Shown: positions 1 through 14,212 of the stretch, in pieces
Numbering within the stretch: the first letter of the stretch is position 1
Layout: every line of letters begins with the position of its first letter
The notes under the pieces: generated by a model
What the model was told of the DNA's origin: nothing
The model's input: the letters and a program-made list of their open reading frames with translations, nothing else
The model's database searches: none
Source: Blastocystis sp. Blastoise
Taxonomy: Eukaryota > Protista > Bigyra: Opalinata
Direction: 5' to 3'
DNA: 64,000 nucleotides
Assembly (NCBI GenBank): GCA_039096225.1
Contig: JBBPEB010000012.1
Coordinates: forward strand, 62,001 to 126,000
Made by a program: the position numbers and the translations under genes

Positions 1-444
1 TTTAAATGGGTTTATCTTATATTTAATGTTCTATAAACAACATATCCTAATTTTTTAACTTTGATAGTCAAAATGAATCCAATGATTATGAATAAAAACA
101 GAAACAATATGAAAAGGGTGAATTTCCCTCATCAAGATAATGTTTTTATTTATAAACTAGATAAAGAATAGTTATATTGTATTAATAATAAGCACAAATA
201 TAATAATTGTTTTTATTTGAAACATATAAAAACTATTTTTTATAAAAAATAAGTAAAATAGATTTTAACCTTTTACATGAAAAAGTACTTTTGAATATAT
301 ATATATATATATAATTCCATTAATAGCAAAACAAAAACATTATTATTATTATTATTATTATTATTACAAGCAGTGACACTGCATAGGATTTATAATTATA
401 GATAAACATCAATATAACATATATATTAAAATTGTTAACACTAT

Positions 445-1180
445 TTAATAACAAGATAAAAGTATCTTTTCAACATCTTCAGGAGTAATATCATGATGTT
501 CACCAAATACTAAACCATTCTTAGTAAATCTATACACATATATCATTATATATATATATTATAGTAAAATGTATATAAAAATATATTTTGAACTATTGAG
601 TAATAGACTAAATATATATATATATATATATATACCTAGCTTTAACATCTTGAATCCATGCTTTATCTTGATTATAATAAGGATAAGCAGAAATATGAGT
701 GGGAACATGAACAACATTTTCATAGAAATTAATAAGAGCTTGAATACCAGCTTCAGCCTTTTCTTCAACAGTTCCCTCTATAAAGAATAGCAATTATTAT
801 TATATTTAATATTAGTAATCATCATAATAAGAAGAATAATTAATGAATATAATAATCAAAAGGTTAATTAGAATAAATTTATACAAAAAGAATTTAAACA
901 TATATATACCTGTAATATTGAAGACTCTTTCCGCCATTTGAGCTAATTTCTCCTTCTTTTGTTCAAATTTATAATGGAATACAACAGGCTATATAGAATA
1001 GAAAATAATATATGCTTTTAATAATTTAGTAAAGAATAGCATTATATATATATAAGTATATATATAGTTCAACACAAGCTAATGTTTGACCATGATCCAT
1101 ACCTATATATATAATAATAGTATTAATTCTCTATTATATAGCATATGAATTATAATGAATAATATTTATTTAATAAAAAG

Positions 1181-1223
<43 letters not shown>

Positions 1224-1369
1224 AATATTAGCAGTGATTTCTTGTCCAATCATATGAGTAGCCCAATCTGTAGCGACACCAGCAGCAATTATTCCATTTA
1301 ATGCTTGAGTAGCAGCCCACATGACATTTGCACGTGCTTCATAATCTTCAGGATTAGTCATAACTTTAG

Positions 1370-1438
<69 letters not shown>

Positions 1439-2632
1439 CTCTAATAATAATCAATATAATTATAATTACAATAATATACATTATCAATAAGAGTTTTTAA
1501 AAGAGCTTCAGCATATCTATCATTGACATCAGCACCTATATATTTATATATAATTAAAAAATAAAAATTCATAATAATACAAAAATTATAAAAAAAAATA
1601 TATAATAATAATTATAAACATATAAAAAATACCTTGAGGATACGTAATATATTGTTCTAAGACATGTACCATGGCATCTACAATACCATTAGAGGTTTGA
1701 CGAGTAGGAAGAGAATACATAGTTTCAGGATCTAAAATAGATACTTTGGGATAAACACATTCATTCTGGAAGAATAACTTTAACTATATAGGAAATAAAT
1801 ATTATATATACTGGAATACGTATTATACTATTCAAATAAATATATATTTATATATAATATCATACATGTTTATTTCTCCAACTAACAACAGAACTCCAAT
1901 TCATCTCACTACCAGTCTATATACATAATAATTATTATCATAATAATACTATTAACTTATTATTATAGAAATATATATATATACATAATAATTATTATCA
2001 TAATAATATTATTAACTTATTATAATAATTATTATATATATATACATAATAATTATTATCATAATAATATTATTAACTTATTATAATAAAATATATATAT
2101 ATATATAATAATTATTATCATAATAATATTATTAACTTATTATAATAAAATATATATATATATATCTATAATATATTATATAATATATAATATATACAGC
2201 AGCAAGAGTCATAACATCAACAATAGGAATAGCTTCAGTAACAAAGGCACCATAAGTTTCTAATATTTCCCAAAGATTATCAGAATGAGTATAAAGAGAA
2301 GCAGCAGCAATGAATTTAGTACCATCTAAGACAGAACCACCACCTACAGAAAGCATATAGCAATTCTTAGGGCCTTGTTCTGTGACTAAAGCAACACATT
2401 TTAATAATGTTTCATAATCAGGATTAGCTTCAATTCCCCAAAATTCCTTTACAGTATAGCCATCTAAAGCTTTCATAACTTGTTCATAGACACCATTCTT
2501 CTTAATAGAACCACCACCACAGGTCATAATAACGATTTTATCCTTAGGGATGTAATTAGTTATTTCTTTGATTTGTCCTTTACCAAAGACAATACGAGTA
2601 GGATTTTGAAAATTGAAATTATCCATAGGCAT
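445..2632 (-). CDS. Iron-containing NADPH-dependent alcohol/butanol dehydrogenase (YqhD/BdhA-like), 9 exons
   Basis: Spliced translation gives MDNFNFQNPTRIVFGKG, GGGS twice, TLAATGSEMN, SILDPE, NGIVDAMVHVLEQY, DWATHMIGQEITA and DHGQTLACVEPVV...KLAQMAERVFNIT, colinear with YqhD. Eight introns; TAA at 445-447. Confidence 0.93.
1921..2160. repeat. Minisatellite of about 60 bp, 4 copies, in ADH intron 1
   Basis: The unit ATACATAATAATTATTATCATAATAATATTATTAACTTATTATAATA... repeats with a period of about 60-62 bp. Confidence 0.9.
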
Positions 2633-3887
2633 CTTGAATTATGTATTATTTATAGAAAATAAACCACTTTTTTTAAATTATTATTTTTTTGTATCAATGC
2701 GACCTTTCATTTTTAAAAAAGAGAGACTATAGAGCTGTTTTCAATCTATACAAGTATAGTAATATCATTTCCTTATATAAATTATAGAAAAGAACATGAA
2801 TAAAAAGAAATAGAACATTTCACCAACCAATAAGATAACTTTTCTTATTTATAAAAAGAATTTGTTTTTTTCCATTGCTTTTTAATAATATAAAAAATGA
2901 TAATGAATTCTCATTGGATATTTCTTGATTTGTTTCTTCAGTTTTCAATCAATAGTTCATAAAACGAGGAATGTCAAACATGAAAACGAATTTATAAACG
3001 AATTTAAAAACGAATTTATAAACAATAAAAAACGAATTTATTATCGAATTTGTTTTTATCCAATAAAAAGCAATAAAAATGTTTTAATATAAATATCTAT
3101 ATCTTTTTCAATGTTCTAGAATATATTCATTCATCAACCAATCAAAATTTGATTATTAAAAACAACACTAAATACATAAACACATTTTTTTATTGTATTT
3201 TCTTTTTAAATAATTAGTAATTATAAATATAGTATCACCTTGGTTTCAAGTATTCAATTGTTTTCAATAAACTCATTTGAAAAATTGGTCATAAATCTTT
3301 TGAAACTATTGAAGTATATAGCAATAGTCTTATAATAAGATTTATAATTTTTATAATAAGATTTATAAACAAATAAAAATATATATAAATATATATAACA
3401 AAACTATAAAAAGAACATCAACCACAAAGAAATATGCAGATACTTACTTTTTATGTAAAAAAAGGATAGAAATGGCACATGTATATATTACAAGAATAAT
3501 TTGTTTTAATAAAAAAAAATGAAACCATAATATAAAAAAAGAAAACACAAATAAAGAGAAGTAAACGAAAATTAAAGTATATAAAGAATATTTTATATAT
3601 AAATCTACATTTATTATTCGTATCAAATAATGAATTAGAAACGCAAAGAAGTAACTGTAGACATAAAAAAAAGAAAGAAGAGAAAATAAAAAGGATAGAA
3701 TGCTATGAATCAAATATATACTAAAAAAATATAAAATATATATAAAAACACTATATACTATATATATTATAGTTTTAAAAAATATTTAAAAAAAAAATGC
3801 ATATATATATAATAAATTTAAAAAAAAACATAAATCATACATATATATAATAATAATAAAACTAAACATATATAAAAAGATGTTAGT

Positions 3888-5624
3888 TTATTTGAAACGA
3901 GGGGTAAAAGTGTTTTCTTTAGGTAGCATATCAAAGAATTGATCTTGATTAATAGATCCAGAATCCATTAAATAATTATTATTAGGTTGATTTGTATAAG
4001 CATAATCATGAGTAGGTATTTCATGAGTATAACGAGAAAAACGAGAATTAGGAGTATACTCCATAACATCCCCACGGGAATCCATAGGCATATTAGTTGA
4101 ATAAGGATCATTAAAAGAGGAAGAGTTATTATTATAAGAAGTCCATTCATAAGGATTTCTAGAATATTCCATCGAAGGAACGAAGGAATTATTCCAAGAA
4201 GCCTTATTATTATCTTTATATAAAGCACGATTTATTTGTTTTTTAGGATAATAAAGATCTCTAGCTTGATAAGGATCTATATATTCATAAGATTCATCCA
4301 TATATTCTTCTGTAAATTGCATATCATAAGAATTGAGAGGTCTCTTTGTATAATGAAAAGCATTAGAATATTCATATTCATTCGACATAGAATTCGAAGA
4401 ATATAAAGAAGATTCTAAAGGAAGTGTTCTATTGTTAGGAGTATGAGAATAAGGATAAGAAGGAGAAGTAGTAGGAGGAAGAGGAAGTCTAGATCTATTA
4501 TAATCTTCATAAGCATCATAATTATAACGAGGATCTTCAATATAGGATCTATCTATAGGTCTATCTATAGATCTATAAGGTTGTCTCATTCTATAATAAG
4601 GAGGAGGAGGAGGAGGTGCCATTGTAGTATAAGGAGAACAAGGAGGAATAGATCCATTCATTCTAGGTATATTATTATTACTAGCAGCAAGAGGATGCGT
4701 AGAAGAAGCATTAAGAGTATCAGCATTAAGAGAAGTCAAAGACTCATTAGGATTATTCACTTTCGATTTATTTAAATTTGCTATAAGTTTCTTATATTTC
4801 ATCGATTTTGTTTTTTTAGGTTCAAATTCATCAATATATCCTTTCTTTTCTAAATAAGGAATATGACACACCCAACAATCCTATATATAAAGTTAATAAT
4901 ATATAATATATATTTAAAATATTTAAAATATTTAAAATAATTAATATTTAATATATATATAATATATATACAAAATAAATATACAAAATAAAAATATTAA
5001 ACAAATATACAAAATAAAAATATTAAATAAATAACTAAATAAATGCATACAGGTCTATTACATTGTTTAACATGTTCAATAGCAATAAAAGCGCGTTCAT
5101 ATATGCCATTAGTAGCCTCTTCAGGATGTTGAGTACATGTTTCCATTATTTTATATAAAGTACTATATAAACATATATATATATTATTATTATTTTATAA
5201 ACATTTTTTGAAATATTAAAGTATCCATAATATATAAATTTTAAAAAAAAATCATCAATAAAATATAAATCTAAATATACTGATTATCACGGCAAAATTT
5301 GCATTTCTTATCTGTTTTTTTATTACAATTAAGGTAATGTCTAGCAAATATGTAGAATCTAGAGATTGTTCTGAAAACACATTTATTCAAAGTACAATCA
5401 TCTTCATGATGTTTTTGAATTTCTTGATTGTATAATTGACAGAGTTCACATTGTTTGTAATGTTCCATATCATTAAGATGTTCAAAGATATGGTCGTTAT
5501 CTTTTCTCATTTCTTCACAAAGAACATTATGATCGTCGCAAAAGTCTTTGTTATTAGAAAAACATTCAGAGTAATGTAATAAAACCTGAGCAATGAGTTC
5601 TCTTTTATGATCCATGGATTTCAT
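3888..5624 (-). CDS. TAZ-like (H-x3-C..C-x2-C) zinc-binding protein with a Pro/Tyr/Ser-rich disordered C-terminus, at least 3 exons
   Basis: Exons join through GT-AG introns. Motifs HYLNCNKKTDKKCKFC and HVKQCNRPDCWVC are present. The start codon is uncertain. Confidence 0.55.
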
Positions 5625-6958
5625 CAAACAGGTTTAAAATTATATATATCTAATCTCTAGATGAACAAACACACATAAAACAAAGGTCTTGCTAGACATC
5701 TGGAGAAAAAAAGAGATTTCGTCTATAATCCTGGGGAAACACTCTTTTTTTTAGGGATTTAGAATGGATCACTACTTGAGATTTGTGGTCATTCTTAATT
5801 GTATTCAGTTACATCAAGGATTATTGGTTTACATAGACTATGTCAACTTATTTCGATCAAATGATTGGGTTATTAACAACCAATTAAAGACGGTACTTTA
5901 AGTAATCTGTTTATCTATTGGATTATTTGCTACCAAATGAATGCGTCTACATAATATTCGTGGTTATATAGAATAATATACAGAAAAAAAGAATTCTTAA
6001 TATCTCAAATCTCATTCATGATTCGAAATGAATGGTTATTCTATTATTACCTAATTGTTGACAGACTCTTCTTATAGTAACGACACTAAAAACTCAACAC
6101 AATTACTAAAAATACTTTATATGTTTTTATTACTATTCTCTTCATCATTTACCTATTTTATTTGTTAATTTACTTTACCAAAAAACAACTCATAGTCTGG
6201 TGGATCCATCAAGTTTAATATTCACTTTCATGTTTAAAAAATAAACGATTTTTCTTTAGAGTTTTTATAACGAACACTCAAACAAATCATCATAGCCTGT
6301 AAATCACTTGATTCACTATTGTTCATCATAAATAAACACTTTATTTTAAAGATATTAGATTTTTAAGTCTCATAATCCACCATAAACAACAGTTTAGAAC
6401 AATCTTATAGATGAATACTAATTGATTATTGATTCAATATTTCTATATCTTTACATAGATCCATATCTCATAGTAATACACTTTCTATATAGGTTTCGTC
6501 CAATCATATAGTTGATAGTAACAAACACGAAATAGACCCATGTAATCAATACAAGAATAGCTATTGAAACATCACTATATCGATCATAATAATTCCATGA
6601 ACATATTGTTACACTTTTCGATTCTATTTCTTTCAAAAACAAAAAGAAAACTCATAACAGAAATTCGACTAGAATCTTAGCTGAAAACAAGAAGTATTTA
6701 ATGATGAAAATAGGATACTATTCTTGCCAAAAAGTAATATTTCCCACAATTATGCATTCAGTACGTTCAGTCATCAAAACATAGTCGTGACGGAATATTG
6801 GATTTTTTATATAATTGGCTAATTCCACACAACCAATATTTTTTCAAGGACGAATTCTTTCGATTATTCTAAAGTATTTTGAATGAAGTATATGGAAGAA
6901 TTCTAAATGAAATATACTCTACTATAATCTATTTCATTTCTTCCCTTATATTTTGAAT

Positions 6959-8077
6959 ATGGATCCAAAAGAATCTATTAAATCCACAACATCTAAAACT
7001 TCAAAAGCATCTCCTATTGCAACTATGCCTGAAAATACGTCAACCCGCCCTCTTAATCAAAACATTTTACCTTCACCTGCTACTGGATTTAAAGTACCTA
7101 ATTTATTTTCTGGGAATATGGCTCCTCCTTATTTAATCAGTTCAATTGGAAGAAATTTCTATAATGCTTTTAATAATGCCAGGTATTTTCTATTTGATTT
7201 ATTTATGTTTTACAAATTTTTTATGATAGACAAATTATGCATCCTCCGAATCATGCAAAAGTACAAGTAGATTGGATTAAAGTATTTTTTTTTTTTAGTT
7301 AAAAAGTTTTTTTTTTCTTGTTTCTTGTTATTTCATTTTTTTTATACATTATTCGATAATACTTAAAATTATTTATACTTATAAATATATATATATATAG
7401 TACCCTTCTTGTTATAAAGCTTTTATTGATGTACCTGGTGTAAGTTCAAGTAGTTTAGATATTTCAGTTGAAAGTACTTGTATTGTTGTCAAAGGTAGTC
7501 GTCAATTAGAGTATGGTGATGATGCAAATCAATTATATCGTGAACGTTTTAATGGTCCTTTTGAAGTCCGCATTCCTGTATGTTTAGATTCTTTTATTTA
7601 ATTTTTTATTAATCTATTTTTTTTTTTTTTTAATTTTTAAATCTATTTTATTTATTTTATTATATTTATTAATTTTTATTTTATTTTATTTTATTTTATT
7701 TTATTTTTTATTTTATTTATTTTATTTTTTATTTAATTTATTATATTTATATTTTTTATAATTTTATTTAGATATCAACAAGTTCTGTAGACACAACAGG
7801 TATTCGTGCTTCTGTTTATGAAGGTGTATTGACTATAATATTAAATCGATGTGATTGTCCTGCTCCTAAACGTATTAAGATTAGTGATTCTAATGATATC
7901 GATGAAACAGAAGGAGTAGTTGCTCCTAAAAAAGAAAATAACAAAGAAATGCCAAAGAAAGAATCAAATAAAGGCAATAATTCAATAAATAATAAAAGTA
8001 AAGAAATAGCAACAGAGAATAATAAAAAGAATAATATCAATGAAAAAATAACACTTAAGGAAGAAAATAAACAGTAA
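6959..8077 (+). CDS. Small heat shock protein (HSP20/alpha-crystallin domain), 4 exons
   Basis: Spliced translation gives VDWIKYPSCYKAFIDVPGV..DISVE..VVKGSR..RERFNGPFEVRIPI..IRASVYEGVLTIIL..KRIKI (IXI motif). Three GT-AG introns. Confidence 0.88.
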
Positions 8078-9049
8078 ATAAACATATCTCATCAGATTAT
8101 TTATTAAACTCTCTTTGTTTTTATTTTTGAGTATTTATATATCTATATATTATTTGATTGTTCGTTAAGATTAATCTTCGTTATATATACGAATAAACAG
8201 TTTTAGCTCTAATTTATATATATGTTACTCTTTTATCTTCTTTTTAAAATGGTACATATATATAATTTCTTTCTCTTTTTCTCCGCTCTTCTTCTATGGT
8301 TTTTATTTTATTTTGTTTTTTTTTTTATTTTATTTTGTTTTTTTATTTTTTATTTTCTATGTCTATATATTTATATATATCCATATATATTCTGTTGTTG
8401 ACAAATAATATGACAGATGCCACATCTTTTTGTCTTTCTCCTTATCTTTATTATTTATTATATATATAATATAAAATTATTTTTTTTTTACTTCTTTTCT
8501 TTTGTTATTATTTTTTCTTTTTTTTTATAATATTAATTTTTTTCCTTTTGTATATAATTATTCTTTTTAAATATCTATATTACAAGCTAAGCTCTAGGTG
8601 TATATTTGTAATTGAACCATATTTTTTCTATCTTATTATTGTTTAGTTCATAAATCTTATGAATCATTCATGAATATTAGTGGTGATTTATTCATTATTA
8701 TATGTATAATATAGACTAAAGGCATTTTTTTTTGTAAAGAATATATATTAACAATAACGAACAGAGATCAACATAAAATTTATTTAAAAAGTGAAAAAGA
8801 AATACTTAAAAAAGAAAAATAAATAAAAGAATGAAAAAGATGAAAAATAATAAAAGTAGTAAACGAACTTATGATTATATATATATCACTAATAAGTGAA
8901 TAATACAAATAGAAATGAATATTTTATATAAGGATACGATAAAACAATTTCGCATTTTGACATATATTATTGGTTATCTATAGTTTTTAATCCAATCAGT
9001 ATTTTTAAAATAATATAATGTCTCCTATAATAGTATATAAAGAAGAATA

Positions 9050-10005
9050 TTATGAAGAGATAAGAAAAGGAAGATTTCCTTTAATAGAATAAGATTGATT
9101 CTCATGATTATTTATAAAGAACTTTGGGAAAGAAAACCTTCCTTTACGTTGTAATGTAATCACTATATTAACATCATAGGTATGCTATATATATGTAAGT
9201 AGTTATATATAGAATAATAATAGTTATTTATCATAATTAATATCATATATAGTATACTATATACTTTAGATAATATATAAGGAATATAGAGTTTTGAAGG
9301 AGATAAAATAATACCCAAATACTATATATATATTATTGTTATTATGTTTACTATTATTCGATTTATTATTTTTATTATTATTATATTTATTTTTATTATA
9401 TATACTTTTAGTTCTTCTTCATTAAATGACATACTAGACAAAGATATAAATAGTCTTAGATATATATATACTTTAAATAAATATTAAATTAAAAACGTGT
9501 ATTTTATATAATATATATTCGTAATATATTCAATATATAAAGAATATTGTAAATAAATAATATATATACATAAGATGTTGATAATGTTGTTGAGATAGAT
9601 TATGTATATGTATCGATATATTCGTGGGAATATCAACAGCAAAAGAAGACGGATAATCCAGAGTAACCTCAAATAACGGAAGAGGAGGTATATAATAACG
9701 TATACTATATATATATATATATATAGAGATTTATTCTCTATAGATATTCATATAATTGTATATATGTATATATATGTATATAAATAGTTATATATGTATA
9801 TAAATTGTTATATATATATATATAAATAGTTATATATGTATATATATGTATATAAATACTAGAAGTCTTTATGAATAGGTTCGAGAGAGGATACTTGTTG
9901 ATAGTTTACAGTTACATATATATATAAATAACCGCCAAAGGGACCAATATCATGTGATAATAACGAAGTAGTTCGGTCATCTACATACATCTACATATAT
10001 ATATA

Positions 10006-10056
<51 letters not shown>

Positions 10057-10379
10057 CAATAGCAGATATTTGTTCGTAAGGTTTAATTTCAACGGGAAAA
10101 GTAGGAGGAAGCAGTGAAATTGATAAATAATCATAATTAGTAAAACCAGTAATAGGGGGTAACTAGAAAAATTTAAACATATTCATTTATTTATATATAT
10201 ATACTGTATCAATATAAAGCACTTCATCTGAAATAGCTCCTATATATATATATATATCGTTAGTAACAGAAACAGAAAGAATAATTTTATATATATACTA
10301 TCTTTAAGAGACTCTACGTGTGATATATGTGTTCGAATGGATAATACAGATAAACAAATAGTATTCAAATTATTCTCTA

Positions 10380-10420
<41 letters not shown>

Positions 10421-11720
10421 ATTATTTCTATATATATAAACATTATATATATACATTAAGTGTAGCTGTTTTCCCACTACCATTGCACGTGACACTAAGG
10501 GGTTCAAAAACAGAAATATCCAAACTAATATCCAATGAAACCTATATATATATATATATTATAGAGTATAATTTAAATAAATAATAATATTTATGATTTC
10601 TTGAAACAAAAACAGAATATATATATCAAACATGGAATAATAATTATATCATTATATATATATATATATATACATCTAAATCATTATCATCAAAAGTACA
10701 TAACGTATGAATAGGTTTCTCCGCGAAACACAAATAATCTTGATCTAACGGTGGTGGTGGCGGGAGATTTAAACGGTGATAATGTACTTGGGGAAATGAG
10801 TATCTCTATTAAGAAATACTATTCTATCATATACTATTGTATATTTATTTATATAAACATTAATATCTTATCATATACATATTAATATTATATATATAAT
10901 ATATATATATTATATTATATATATATATTATATTATATATTATATTATATTAAGATATACATCAATACTATATATAATATATATATTAAGATATACATGA
11001 ATATCTTATCATATAAATAATAATATTATATATATATATAGAAAGATATGAATAGTTTGGGTGATGGAACAATCCATGAATGAAGAGAAAGAGGTATATT
11101 TAAATAAGAAGAAGAAACAGTAAGAGTAAGAGGAATAGAAATATAACCTGATATTTCCTGTGTGAAAGATAGATTCTGTAACCAATAAGGATAGTCATCT
11201 ATAGATACATATAGTTATAATAATAATAAAACAATAATAAGCAAAAATTTTATATATAAAAAATACTTGTTGATTCTTGATCAATAAAAGTGACTGAGAA
11301 AACAGATTCTTTAATGTATACAGGAATATAGTCGAGAGGTGATGTTTTATCTGGATCAAAAGGAGGCCTAAATAAATGAGATTCTATAAAATTATCAATT
11401 AATTCATATAAAGAATCATTATCAAATCAATAGAAAATCAAAATCATTATTTACTCAATATATAATCTCACTTGTAACGATGTCAAGTCTTGACGATATA
11501 CTTCATCACTAATGTACTCATTATTCTTCTTTAATAGCAAGTAAACATCAACTGTTTCATCTTTAAATATAAATTAGAATATAAGAAGTTCTTAAAAAGT
11601 AAAATAAAAGCATTAAAAAATACCAGAAAATAAAAAAGATCGACAAGTTGGACTTTCTTCATAGATTGGATCGAGATCTGGAATCCACAACGCAAACGTT
11701 GTATTTTCAAATGAAGACAT
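9050..11720 (-). CDS. Uncharacterised multi-exon protein; weak resemblance to the TRAPP Trs65/TRAPPC14-like N-terminus
   Basis: ATG at 11720 (MSSFENTTFALWIPD..RSFLFSDETVDVYLLL) is followed by a chain of coding-like exons between (AT)n-capped introns. The last exon is ...GNLPFLISS*. Function is not established and some junctions are unresolved. Confidence 0.5.
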
Positions 11721-12294
11721 CAATTACTCTATGAAAAGATACAAATGACAAAAAATGTCTGAAAGATTCTTTTTTGACTTTTCACATTTAAGCTGATTTT
11801 TTTCATATATATATTTTTTTGAATTTTATTTTTATTTTTATTTTTATTTTTAAATTTAAAATTGTATATTGTTCATGTAATAGAAAAAACTTTCTACCAT
11901 TTTATAAATTTTTAATGATTTCAAAATACAAAAAAATAGTAATTCTATATATGATAAAATATATAATGATTATTATTATAAAAGAGTCTATAATTCAATG
12001 GACACTTATTCGTTTCCTATTTGCTATAAATAGATATACTAGAATAAATCTAAAAATATGATCTATTAAAGATATTCTATAAAAAAAAATGAAATATATA
12101 TTTAAACATATAGATTATATAAAAGCAAACAAAATAATTATTATTTAACAAAAATACATAAACACATAATTTTAAAAATACAAAAAAAAACAGTAATTAA
12201 ATCATATTAATTATAAGATTATTTATAATAAAACAAAATGAGAAAATAACAATAGAATAAAAACAAAGTAAATAGAGTTGATATATGAATAGAC

Positions 12295-13223
12295 TTAAGC
12301 AAGAATAGTTTCATCTCTGAGATATTCACCTATATCTGCTTGATGTAATACCACTAAACTCTATATATATAATAGTTAGAAGAATTATAATATATATATA
12401 GAGAGAGAGTAATAGAATAAAGAATAGGATAATATATAGAAGATATATATAGTTATAGAATAAGATAGGAATATACAGCAGCATCTAACACTCTGATTTC
12501 CTCAGTTGTATGAGATGTAATACCAAAACCTATATATATAATATATTATATAACCTCAATAATTATAATGATTATAATTTTAATAATTTTAATAATTTTA
12601 ATAATTTTAATAATTAAATAATTATTAATTATCATATAATAATCATATAATAATCAAAAAAACAATATATACATACCAAGAGGAACATTGTTCATATTAT
12701 ATATAATACAACCAGCATATTGTTGAGTATCTTCAGTAATACGAGCTAAACCTATATATATATATATATCATAACACTATATTATTCTTCATAATTAATA
12801 AGAATAAGCAATTCTTAATAACTTGACGTTATTTATATACTAAATCAACATAATTATGAATAAAAATAACTTACCTCCCTTTGTAATATGATTACCATAG
12901 AGAAATGTCATTTCAGCTGAAGGTTTTACCCATACTTTATTGACAGCATATTGAGCAAGAATATCTAAGCAGGTAACATGTAATCTGAACTTTAAATTGT
13001 GATTGAATTTACCAAATTTGGTACCAATAGAAACAATATTACCTCTAGCTACGTTTCCAGCTACTCTCAATACATTTTCACTAATATAATAGACTCTATC
13101 CTTATGAAGACGGAAACAATGAGGATCATCAGGTCTGTTAATAAGCTGATCAACGTTATTACCAATATATTTTGTGAGTTTCTCAAAGAATATCTTAGTT
13201 TCTTCGTCAGTAAGAGGTCTCAT
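12295..13223 (-). CDS. NIP7: 60S ribosome biogenesis protein NIP7, 4 exons
   Basis: MRPLTDEETKIFFEKL, FRLHKDRVYY, KVWVKPSAEMTFLYGNH and HQADIGEYLRDE are present. All introns are GT-AG. Confidence 0.96.
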
Positions 13224-13504
13224 ATTGATTCAAATATAGCAAACGTTAATTATAAAAGAAACAGAAAAAATGTGGTTTATTAAAATTGTTGAACCACTCA
13301 AAATTCCAGGGTAATTCATCAAATTTCCCTGGAATTTTGTATTTGTTTCATAAATAAAAAGTTTGAGAAAAAAGAAAAATGAAAACATGGGAATTTGAAA
13401 CAAGTTCTGTATATTGTTTTAAAAATCATGATTTTTTATATTTGTATATTTTTGTTATTTTTGTTCTATACTATCATTATTTTTATTAAAAGTCATCAAA
13501 TTAA
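13224..13504. promoter_or_regulatory. Short bidirectional promoter between head-to-head NIP7 and THG1, containing a 17-bp inverted repeat
   Basis: The two start codons are 281 bp apart. AAAATTCCAGGGTAATT-catca-AATTTCCCTGGAATTTT lies at 13300-13338. Confidence 0.6.
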
Positions 13505-14176
13505 ATGGCAAATACTAGATTCCAGTAAAGTTCATAATTTGAATTGTTTTTATTCAACTAGATATGTAAAACATTTTGAAGAAGATGAACGAGTTCTTCG
13601 TAATACTTATTTTGTTGTTCGAATCGATGGTAAAGGATTTCATAAATTTACTCAAGAACATAATTTTGATAAGCCGAATGACAAAAATGCATTAATGCTT
13701 ATGAATAGAGTATAAAATAATAAGAATATTATTGATTGATAAAAATCACATTACTTGAAATCGCTAAAATTGATCTTTTTAGGTTGCTTATGAAATATTT
13801 AAAGGTTATGGAGATATTATATTTGCTATTGGTGAAGTATATATATATATCAATTATAGTTTTTTTTTTTATTTTTTTTTTAGAGTGATGAATATAGTTT
13901 TATTTTTCGACGAAATACAGATTTATTTCAAAGACGAAGAGAAAAAATACTTACAACAATTGTTTCCCAATTTTCAAGTTATTATGTATTTTATTGGCCA
14001 GAATATATGAAAGAAAAACCTTTATTATATCCTCCTTCCTTTGATGGCAGAGTTGTTATTTATCCCTCTCCTGAAGTATATATATATTTATTTATTTATT
14101 TATTCATTTATTTATATATTTATATATATTTATATATATATATATATATTTATTTATTTATATATATATAAATATC

Positions 14177-14212
<36 letters not shown>

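Noticed and set aside
6600-6950. Heat-shock elements upstream of the HSP20 gene
   Set aside because: No convincing nGAAnnTTCn array; only CCAAT boxes are seen.
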